This document shows, piece by piece, positions 1-11,600 of a DNA stretch of 64,000 nt. Source of the DNA: Saccostrea cucullata (Eukaryota). The notes beneath the pieces were generated by a model. That model had not been told where the DNA came from, did not search any database, and saw only the letters and a program-made list of their open reading frames with translations. The translations under genes were made by a program, and so were the position numbers. Numbering within the stretch: the first letter of the stretch is position 1; every line of letters begins with the position of its first letter. The stretch covers positions 1 through 64,000 of the forward strand of contig NW_026927023.1 of NCBI RefSeq assembly GCF_032062105.1, given 5' to 3'.

Positions 1-114
1 CTTTAAAAATTATCTTCTAAAGAATAGCAAATCCATGATTGGTCATGGGACTACTTTTGGATATAAACTTTTCAATAATAAACCATTAATTTCTACTTTT
101 TCCTAGCCACAGTG

Positions 115-149
<35 letters not shown>

Positions 150-500
150 GTTGTTGTCGTCGTTGTAAACCTTTCACATTTTCATCTTCTCCTCAAGAAC
201 TACTGGGCCAATTTCGACCAAACTTGGCACAGAGTATTGTTGGGTGAAGGGGATTCAAGTTAACTTTGTTCAAATGAAGGGCCACGTCCTTTTCCAAGGG
301 GAGATAATCATGAATTTGTTAAAAATCAATGGCATTTTTAAAAAATCTTCTCCAGAACCGCTGGGCCAGGAAAGATGAAACTCATGTGGAAGCATCCTCA
401 GGTAGTGTAGATTGAAGTTTGTTCAAATCATGACCCCCGGGGCAAGGGTGGGGCCAAAATGGCCGACCCAAGTTTTACATAGGAATATATAGGAAAAATC

Positions 501-534
<34 letters not shown>

Positions 535-1152
535 GGAAAGATGAAACTCATGTGGAATCATCCTCAGGTAGTGTAGATTCAAGTTTGTTCAAATCATGAC
601 CCCCGGGGCAAGAGTGGGGCCAAAATGGCCGACCCAAGTTTTACATAGGAATATATAGGAAAAATCTTTAAAGAACCACTAGGCCAGGAAAGATGAAATT
701 CATGAGGAATCATCCTCAGGTAGTGTAGATTCAACTTTGTTCAAATCATGACCCCTGGGGCAAGGGTGGGGCCAAAATGGCCGACCCTTGTTTTACATAG
801 GAATATATTAGAAAAATCTTTAAAAATCTTGTTCTCGAGAACCACTGGACTAGGAAAGATGAAACTCATGTGGAATCATCCTCAGGTAGTGTAGATTCAA
901 GTTTGTTCAAATCATGACCCCCGGGGCTAGGGTGGGGCCCAAATGGCCGACCCAAGTTTTACATAGGGATATATAGGGAAACCTTTTAAAATCTTCTTTT
1001 CAAGTACTTCAAAGCTATGATTAGTGATATTTATATGGAATCATCCTCAGGTAGTGTAGATTCTAATTTGTTCAAATGATGAACGCCTGGAGGGGGGGGG
1101 ATAAATTCAAGCCCGATGTGCTCAGGTGAGCGCTGTGGCCCCTGGGCCTCTT
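1..1152 (+). mobile_element. Two adjacent non-autonomous Helentron (HINE) elements; the second carries a ~167-bp tandem array (Cg170-like)
   Basis: 3' end motif gctcaggtgagcg(a/c)tgtggccc(a/c)tgggcctctt at ~114-150 and ~1120-1152; ccagaacc-ctgggccagg unit repeats at 352, 519, ~672, ~837. Confidence 0.8.
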
Positions 1153-1471
1153 ATCGGGGTATTGTGCTGGACCTGTTCATAAGCAGAAAATAGGAAAACA
1201 GCATGTTTGTTTTGATGTCATTGTTTTATTTAATAGCTTCTATCTTTTAAACTTTAAATTTATTATATATATCCAAAACTGCACTATATGTATTGACAAA
1301 ATAGATCTAGGTTAAGAATGCACTGGAAATATTGAGTTATTTTTGTTTATATAGACTCTTTCATTCGCCTGTGAAGTACCGGTACTGTATAAATAATCTA
1401 TAGTTCAATTTTGTGTGAATAATAATAATCTTTTCAAATAGCAAACAGTAAAAAATATATATGTACACTTG

Positions 1472-1551
1472 TCTAGTTAAATTTTGTTTTAACACTAATA
1501 CATATGTACACTTGTACATATGTATTAGTGTTAAAACAAAATTTAACTAGA
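1472..1551. repeat. Perfect palindrome with 39-bp arms and a 2-nt spacer
   Basis: 1472-1510 tctagttaaattttgttttaacactaatacatatgtaca is the exact reverse complement of 1513-1551. Confidence 0.95.
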
Positions 1552-1890
1552 GGTACTGTGAGCAATGAGCTCACTAAATGATACCCCCTGCCTCCCATAT
1601 GGTTATAACTGATGACAAATCCATTTTTTACTGTGGCCGGGAAACCCAAAATATGTGTCGAATCAAAAAGTAAAATAGGAGGTGCACAATGGCAATATGT
1701 AATACAGATTCTGTGAAAGGTTCATTAAATTTCACTCACTGCAATGGTATAAGAGGAGTTGCGGATAATAAGAGATGGGTACCCTAAAGCGTAACAGACA
1801 GACAGACGTACAGACAGATGGACGTACAGCTAGACGGACATACCGATTACAGTATACCCTACCACTTTTCAAGCAGAGGGTATAATAAAA
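1545..1890 (-). mobile_element. Short HINE-type element (second copy at 43177-43450)
   Basis: aactagaggtactgtgagcaatgagctcactaaatgataccccc end, (gaca/gacg)n microsatellite and tataccct...agggtataa inverted repeat; the same modules occur at 43177-43450. Confidence 0.75.
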
Positions 1891-2279
1891 CTATATACAT
1901 GTACATGTAGAATATTCACCTCTGATTTATAATGATATTTGTTTTATACACACTGACCATGTTTTATAATATTCTAAACAAATTATTTGATACTCAGGCA
2001 AATATTCACTACTATTAAAATGATCACACACATGAACATATCTGTGTATGAATGAAATGAATTTTCCTTTTGATCATGTTTTTAGGAAAATAATTATTTT
2101 CATCATTTTTTCATCAAAGGATTTACCATATAAAATGAATAAAGAAAAAGTAAGACCAGTAAACCAAAATAGGACCAAATAGGCCATGACTGAAGTTCAA
2201 GTGCATTCTGCAAGAAAGTGAACAGCCTAGATTTTGTTCTTTTCAAGGTAACCATTCTTGAAATATGAAAGTAAATTAA

Positions 2280-2601
2280 GGACAGATGATACAAACAAAA
2301 AATGGATGCCTGGATTGGTATATGTTTTTTGGCGTAATTTAATTGCCAATGATGCTATTAATAGATTTCTAGAATATTAAGAAATTGTAAACCTTCTGTG
2401 ATGTTCAAAAGTCTGCGCGCCCTCTTGAAACTATCCTTATTAATCTATACAAACATTTTTCACTTCAAATTCCATTTTTATGCAAATATGAATTAAAAAT
2501 TAAAACGTACTTGAAGAAAGTTATTAATTTTACTGATTTAAACATGACCCCAGTTGTTATTTTCAAATTCTTTGACAAAAGTTTGTTTGTATCATCTGTC
2601 C
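2280..2601. mobile_element. Kolobok-type MITE
   Basis: Perfect 20-bp TIR ggacagatgatacaaacaaa, TTAA on both sides (2276-2279, 2602-2605), GG...CC termini. Confidence 0.85.
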
Positions 2602-5600
2602 TTAAATTGTTAAAAAAATATTTCAGTTTTCTATCTAAATTTAAACCTTGCTTATTTCTTTTTTTTTAAACAAAATTTAATACCTGTCCAGTAACAGAAG
2701 AATTATTATACTAGAATAAAGAAAACAACTTTCTAAAGGATTACATACACATTTAATTAGCTTGAAATCAGTGTATATGGGAAAGTGCAGGAATTATTTA
2801 CCATTGCAGGTTGAGAAGGGATGCCATATTTTAGGTTTGAAACCAGGCAAGTGAAAGCTGAATTCCAACCTACTTCAACATACCAGGGGTACTTGTACCT
2901 ACTGTCTTCAAGATATCGGTGTTTGAGATGTCAAAGTTCAAATATAGTAGGAACATGTTTATCATATTATGTGATGGCATCCTCAAATCTTATGCTGTGT
3001 AACAATATGTTTTAGAACTTATCAAGCTTTATCCTGTACCTTGCCAAAAAAACTCAACTCAGCATAATTCTCATTAACTAATTATCAGTGTTACTTGCGT
3101 ACGTCAATGTAGGTCATTACTGGTACATGCCTGACCAACAAAAACTCTAAAATTGAAAAATCAGAGACAAGATTTTCAGAGTAGCAGAAACAGCAGAATT
3201 TGTCACGTAAATCTAATGATATGTACCGTAGTTGAGAATACATGTACTCTAAATGTTGCATATATAAAAAATTAAAAAAAAAGCGAAAAGTTCTCTTGTT
3301 TTCAGAATTTATATTTATATGTGAAAAAAAAAGAAAAGGAGATTGATATAGTCGGTGTGAGGAGATGTTGGCAGGAACCTAGTAAAATGAAAGGAAGAAC
3401 TTCCTTAAAATGATACTTGTGGGGGACAGTGTCTCATGGGGGGGAGGGGGGGGGGCATTGTTTCAACTGACTTTACAGAATACAAAAGATCCATTGCAAA
3501 CCTAATTATTAATTAGATGCCAAACACTATGTTTAAAGTTTTCCATTGTTGGATATTTATGTTTAAATCCAAGATAACTTACCCAAGAGGATGTGATTTT
3601 TTTTTAAACCAATGTAATTTTTCTCAAGTTTAAAGCCGTGTTTCATAAGTTTTAAAAGAAAAAATCAGAAGGGGGGGTAAATTTTTGACTTCTGTTCATT
3701 CAAAGTATCTGTGGTTTGCAGTTGCCCATAAATTTAATAAATAATTATACAAAGTAACAAGTTGAAATGAGTAAAGAATAATGAATGTCCTGCGTGTTTT
3801 AGTTTCATTTCAGAATTTTTCAAGTTTGACTAAATCTTGAAAAAGTAAAAGCCACAAGGTTTTGCAATTATTTGACATAGCATTACAAAATGCATTATAT
3901 TTTTGCAACATCATAAAGATGCAAATTTAAGATGCCAAAAAATTTAGTTCACATTCACATTTAACTCATTAACAGGTTTTATAAAAGAGTAAATAAGTGT
4001 ATAGTTTTGGGAATATTGTTACGTTAAACGCAGCCATTTTGGTTATAAATCTGGTATTCCTGTCTCCATGGTAACAAATCTTGCATTCCTGTTATAGTAA
4101 TAGAGAATGGATAGGGAAAATTATTTTATTTCATATTAGTTTCAATCTAAGGGGATAGTTTCAGGAAACTTGAAACATACCCTGCTTAGTCTACATGTAC
4201 TTCAAAATTGTCAATTTTACGGAAAGGGGTGGGGGGGGGGGGCATTTTGTGCAGGTGTTCACAGTTCTCCTATCTAAGAACAGATTTACATGTATTAATG
4301 CTCTTGGAAATGGGATGTGAATACTTTTACATGACACTTCTCATAGATATGGACTAATTTTACTGTAAATGACATCAAAACAGGTAGAAAGGAACATTTC
4401 TTTTCTATATGAACTTAATGAAATGTGCATATGTTCCTTGAAATACGGAAATTTTGCAGATTTTGGCTAATTTTTCATCAGCTTTTTAAAAAAAAATATT
4501 TAAGTGTCCCATAAATATTTTAATGTGTTGAAACTAACTTATGTACCATATATACAATGCACTGTTTCCTGAATTTCAAATCAGTGTGCAAAGTATTAAA
4601 AAATCGCTTTGAAAAAGGGTCTAAAATGGTAATTTTCTCAATTTGGCAAAATGCCAAAATCCCCAAAGCTAAGCGTTGTTAAGCCATTATGTAGAATTAC
4701 AGTTTTTAAAAAAATATGTTGTTATATTAGAGAGGAATAATGGCAGTTTTGAAGCAAAAGTAGATTTTCCCATTCTCTTGTTTCTTTTAAGCTCATTTTT
4801 ATTCAGTAAAACTTACAAAATCACGTTTTTTTTTGTCAAAGTTTAGGAGGAATTTACAGGGGAAACAATAGGTTCTGTTACCATGACATCGAGATATTTT
4901 TTGAAATAAAAAAATACAAAACCATTAATGATGTGACAATTTGAGTACACACAAAAAGTTTCATAGAAATTGAAAATGTAGCGTGGCCAAGCATTATTGA
5001 TATTGTTTGATAATTACAGAGAATTGATATTAACATGCATAAGCAATGTCAGCTGTATCAGTCAAAATACAAAGCAAAATCATTTCTTACGAATTATTAG
5101 TCAATAAACATTATGGTATTTCATAAGCAACTTGATGTAGTTATCGGAAGTATTTTGATCTGTCATTACTTTCACTTATGATACAAAAATTAGCTGATAT
5201 CCGTGCGTCATTTTATCGGGTGAAAAGTTCAGTTTAATGCCCGCTAAGTGTAACAAGTATCCAATGAGTCATACATGTAATTGTTCAAATGCAGTATTAC
5301 ACTGCACTTAATGATTCTACAAAAAATACAGTACGATGAATATACGTCTAAAGTATGTATAAAATTGACATAACTTACATAACTTTTAAAGAGTCTCTGT
5401 ACATGTATATGTCTTGTTGACACATCGATTGGGTTTTATTATGAACTTTTTGTTCACGAATTTCTTATTGTAAAAATACAACTAAATCCTCGTGAATAAT
5501 GAAAAATCTCTTGAAAAATGAGATCTACTCATTAAAGTTTACTATTTATTTTCTATAATTTTTTAAAGTAATAAGAGTGCTAAAAATAATCATGTTAATT

Positions 5601-5654
5601 AAAATAGTACGTATATCTAACAATGTATACATTATTTTGCAAATGAACAATATC

Positions 5655-8600
5655 TTAACCTTTCCAAATCAATCGTTTTAGCTCGGTTCGAAAATCCGGA
5701 AAACCAGCTGCATAAACAAAAATATTGACGGCTGTTTGTGTCTTTGCAAAAAATGTTGGGATAATTGAAAAGTATATGGAAATGTTCACTCCAATTGTCA
5801 CCAGAATAGCAACACAAGCATATGGAACCCATGCGACAAGAAAAGCAATCATTGATCTGCCGATGTTCTGAAAAATGATGTAAAATTAAATTAGAATGTA
5901 TTGAAAAATTAATTATTACATGTATTCTCTTAAGTAAAGAATGCGTTCTTGTAAGATATTTTAACCCCATTTTGTACAAGTAGGATATCGAATTTTACTA
6001 ACATGGTTATCCACTTACGTAAATTGAATTTATACGATTCCTTTCCCTACCCTACTAACAAAAGTTAAGAATATAGAAAAATAATTCTATTAATACTTAT
6101 CTTTTTAAAATAGATAAAAAAAATAATTGACTTTGTTCATTTACCTTTAACACAGTATCTTGTATAACCCTGCCTTCGGTTCTAACTCCATGCCGTGGGT
6201 TTGAAATACTAGTTCCCGTGTCCCCATCTAGAGAGATCGAAACTGTGTTCCTGATCTTTACAGAAACTTTGTAGTAGAATATTATAATAATACCAACAGG
6301 TAACATAAAAACAAAGATGAAAACGGACATAATATAGGAGCGGGTGTCCTCTGATTTACTCATCCAGTCTATGGAGCAGGAAGTTCCGAACGGTTCTATA
6401 CCGTACTTCCCCCACCCAATAAAAGGGAATGTGCTCCAAAGAAAGGCGTACAGCCACGTGAGTACTATAGTTAATCCAACTTTCTCAACACGCACAAACT
6501 CGGCTGCAAAATTTAATAAGAAAAATTGTCAAATATGCAAATTTTAAAAATAATTTCATTAAATGAATTTTGACGGCGCATAATTTTAACAATGAATTCG
6601 GAACCAATTCAAAGTACTTATTATTTAACCAATTAAAACATTGATAATATTGCGGGTATGTTTATATTTTACTAGGAAGGCAAGTAACGTATACTTACAT
6701 TCTGGACTAGAAACCAGAAGATAACGGTATATTCCGAGGAATGCGTACGTCATAATGTTACAAACTGCACCCGAAAACACAAAGAAGGCATACAGCTGAC
6801 AACCCAAATCACCAAAATACCACCTAAAAGTAAGGTTTGTACAAAATCATAGACGAGATTTAAAACAAGCAAATTCAAAGAATTGTGCTCCATGGGTGAG
6901 ATTTTTTTGGTGAAATATTGTGTCAAATATGAACGGTTTATCATAAGTCATTTAGAAATTATCAACGAAATTGATTATTTTTTAAAATAGGTCAAAATAG
7001 GTAATTCGTGAAGGTCAAGGGGAAAAAAATCATAGCATGCTCGGAAATATCTTGTCACAGGTAATGCAGATGTCAAAAATGAATTCAAAGCCCTATCTCT
7101 TCTCAATTAAAAGTTATAAGTAACAAAATGTGTTTGTGAAACACTGATGACCCCCTTATGTCAACATAGCGAAGATTAAACTTTTCTTAAATGAAAATTA
7201 AATATATTGGTACCCAAAGTTGGGTCTTCTCACAAGAAATATGATGGCGTATATGCCCTAACACTAACTGTTCAAAAGTTATGGCTAAGGATAAGTTGTT
7301 GAAAGGTAGGGCAAACTCCAAGATCAAAGGATCAAAGTTGTTAGTTTCCAAAGAAAGGTCTTGTCACATGTTGTCACAAGTATTACATGTGTGAAGTACG
7401 AAAGCCTTAGCTCTAACCGTTTAAGAGTTATGGCCAAGGTTAAAATTTAAAAACAAAGGTCAAACGTCAAGGTCAAAGGTCTTGGTATTCAAATAAGGTT
7501 CTTCTCACAAGAATTACATATTTGAAATATGAAAGCCCTAGCCCTTACCGTTCAAAGTAATGGCCAAGATTAGTACGGAAATCTTCAAGGTCAAGATCAA
7601 AAGTCAAAGATGTTGGTATCCAATGAACTGTCTTGCCACAAAGAATACCAATATAAAAGTCCTAGTATCAACCGTTCAAAAGTTAAGACCAAAATAAAAG
7701 TTTGGATTTTTTGTGTAAGAGTGGGTCAAACTCCATGGTCAATAGGTCGAATTTGGTACACAAAGGTAATACACCACCACATATGCGAGCTTGTCTCGAA
7801 TATGTGAGTTTATGGAAGTGACCTATTAATTTTATAATTCCGGAAAAATTAAATCCACATAGAATTATAAGTGTCAAGCTTTCCGGTTAATCATAGTCCA
7901 TTTAGGTAAAGTTTAATATTACGTAATTCAACTTCCTTTCTAGAAGATTCCAGAAAAGTGTAAGGTCACATTTTTTATGTAGGAAAAAACTGCTCTTGAT
8001 ATTATTTGAATTTGATAATTGTAAGGAGTTTTAAGGAATTTTAAATGAAAATAAAAGATAATTGTATGGTGTTTTAAAGCAGATTTTGCATCGATGGTTA
8101 TTTTAAACGTCGATTTTTGATCGATTTGTGTGCAACACGTAGTTGAAATTTTTTGCAATATTTTTTTTGCATTGTATTTGTCAAATTATAATTTTAGTTT
8201 CATTTAATTTGAGCAAAATGCCTAAAGCAAAATTCAAGTCAGTCATATCGACACGGAGGAGTGCAAAAAGGGCACGGATGGAAGCGCCGCAGCCCACGGC
8301 CCAACCTGCGCAGGTTTCAACCTCGGCTTCAGCATTGACGGTACAAACACCCCCAGCAGCTAATGCGCCGGTGACATCACAGGTGGTAGAACTTCCCCAG
8401 CTTGGATTGTCTCCGCAGCATCCCAAACAGCCTTACCAAACAATGCTGTAACACAACAACAGGGAGCCATGGTACCGGAGACGAATGCCAGTACTTCACA
8501 GGCGGAAGCTAGCGGTCCTAAAGGTACTGTTGAGAGTAGTATTGGCATGCAAACGGCGTTGTCAAGCTCAGTGCAACCTTCTATGACAAATTCAACGCAA

Positions 8601-11600
8601 TTTTCATTACGCTATCATGTTGATAACTCAACCAAACAAAAAATAGCTAATGGGGAGTATGTGAACTTTGCTAATTTACTGGTTAGGGACCCTAGTAAGT
8701 TACAGGTATCAGCATTAACTATGGATGCGCAGGGCCACATAATTGCTCAACCAAAGCAAGCTAGCAAAATCACTTCAATTGAAAAGTGGACCGATGCCTT
8801 TTTGATTTTTTTTTTTAGTATTTATCTCACAGCGCACCCAAATAAAACAAAGCAATTGCTCAAGTACTTGCATGATGTCAGATTAGGGGCTGAGAAATCA
8901 AAGGGTTGGGTTACATATGACGAGCAGTTCAGGTTACGCATGGCGTTGAATCCAAATGGTAATTGGGGGGTAATTGATAACGAATTGTGGCTTGTCTACA
9001 TGTCACCCGCTGTAACAATCAATAGTCAAAGGACATCTACATATTACAAATGCTTCGATTACAATTACAAGGGTAAGTGCACAAGGTTACAGTGCACATA
9101 TGCACATCGCTGTACGAAGTGCGGTGAAATGCACCCCGCATTACTTTGCGTAAATGCACAAACAACTCCGGCTCCAAATTTCCCCAATATCAATCGTACC
9201 TTTCGGTCCAACACAGCAGGGCAGCAACAACATTTTCAAAGTCAATACCAGTTTCAGGCCAGAAGGCAACCAGGGCCACAAGCAAGACAGTATGCAAATA
9301 TTTGGATAACTACCCTGATAAGTCGGCGGCCATTTTTCTAAGGGAGGGTCTGATTAAGGGTTTCAAGTTACAATATACAGGCCCACGCAGTCCGGTGTTT
9401 AGCAAAAACTTAGTATCCGCAATTCAACATGCTGATAATTTACAAGAAAAAATAGATAATGAAATTAAGGAGGGGCGGGTGGCAGGCCCATATGAAAGTC
9501 AACCAGTACACAATTTGCACGTATCCCCAGTAGGAGTGGTCCTGAAAGCTGATGGCGGTTGGCGAATGATAATGCATCTTTCACACCCACCGTCAATCAG
9601 CATAAATCATAATATCGATCCAGCTTACACTGCTGTTAAGTATACATCCTTTGACACAGTGGTACAAACAATGAGTAAAATGGGAAAGGGGGCAGTCATT
9701 GCAAAATGTGATGTTAAAAGTGCATTTCGGCTTCTTAGGGTTTATCCAGCTGATTTTGAATTACTGGAAATGTATATTAATGGGAAATACTTTTTAGACA
9801 AATGTTTACCTTTCGGGTGTGCTATTTCATGCAAAATTTTTGAAACATTTTCAACATTCTTAGAATGGGTAGTGAGGGATAAAACTGGGATGGAAACACT
9901 GCATCATTATTTGGATGATTTCATTTTTATTGGTAGGGCCAACACTGAAGATTGTAAAAGGCTTATGCAAACTTTCCAGGAGGTTTGCGTTGATATTGGG
10001 GTTCCCCTAAATAGGGATAAGACAGTAGCACCTACCACTTGCTTAGTGTTTCTTGGCCTGCTTATTGACACTATTAAAATGCAGATTAGAATCCCCCATG
10101 ATAAAGTTGAAGAACTTACTCAATTACTTCAGTTTTGGGTAGGCAAAGAAAAAATTAAATTGTCAGAACTACAAAGCTTGGTGGGCAAGTTAAACTTTTT
10201 TAGTAAGGCGATACCCGGAAGCAGAGCATTTAATAGGCGTTTCTACAACGCAATGGGTAGTCTAGACAAACCATATCTACACTTAAGAATAACTAGGCCA
10301 ATGCGGGAGGATTTGAAAACATGGCTTGAATTTGTAAAAGACTTTAATGGGGTGGTTTATTTTCCGGATAGTCAATGGAGTTCTTCGGAGGCACTTGAAC
10401 TTTTTACAGACAGTGCAGGGTCAGTAGAGTTAGGCTGTGGTTGCTATTTTAAGGGTGAGTGGGTCTTTTTTCAGTGGTCTGCAGATTGGGCTAATTCAGC
10501 AATATTGAGGGATATTACATTTTTGGAGTTGATACCCATAGTGTTATCAGTACTGGTATGGGGGAAAAGATTGCAAAATAAAAAAATTAATTTTTTCATA
10601 GACAATATAGCTTTAGTTCACATATTAAATAAGCAATCATCACAGTCGGAGAGAATTATGTCATTAGTCAGGCCCCTAATGTTAGCATTGTTAAGATGTA
10701 ATATACAATTCAAAGCTAATCACATACCAGGTAAACGTAATTGTATTGCTGATTCAATATCCCGCAAAAAGTGGGAAATTTTCAGGCGCCTTGCACCAGC
10801 AGCAGACCGGGAGCCGCAGACCATACCGGAGCAATTCCAGAAATTACTCTCTCAAATGAAGTAGACCGTTTGTTCAATACATCTATGTCGGCCAATACCT
10901 GGCAGGCATACACCGTGGGAATGCAAGCCTTTGAACATTTTCGCAGTGAACAGGGGTTGTGCCCAACTTGGCCGCCACCGGATACACACATACATATGTT
11001 TATTGCCCAACTCTCATTAAGGGGTTATAAACACTCAACAGCCAAGTCATATATGTCAGCAATCAGCTTTAATTGTAAAAGCAAAGGCTTAGATGACCCT
11101 GCAAAGACCTTTGTAGTGCAAAAACTTTTGCAGGGCATGAAGCGATCAAATCCTGGGGGGGATAGTCGTTTACCAATTACATTGAGATATATTATGTGTG
11201 TCAATACCCAAACTTCAGGTAATTTGTAGCAGTGAATATGAAACGGTGTTATATAAGGCAGCTTTCTTGCTCACATTTCATGCCTTTCTTAGAATAGGTG
11301 AAATTGCAATTTCTAAGGGCAATACAGTTAGAACCATTTTGCAAGTTGAAGATATTACGTTATGGGCCAATAAAGTGATTATTAATGTTAGGCAGTCAAA
11401 AACAGATCAAATGGGTAAAGGGGTGAAATTGAGCGTTCAGGCATCATATGGGGTTATGTGTCCAGTTAGAGCGATGCAGGTGTACTTACAAGAGCGTCCG
11501 ACAGGTATGGGCCCTCTGTTCTGTCATTATTCAGGAAAACCGGTAACTCGCTTCCAGTTCAGTTCAATATTAGAGAAAGTTCTAAATATGTCGGGAATTG

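Noticed and set aside
3400-5030. Probable non-autonomous DNA element
   Set aside because: Could not identify termini or a TSD
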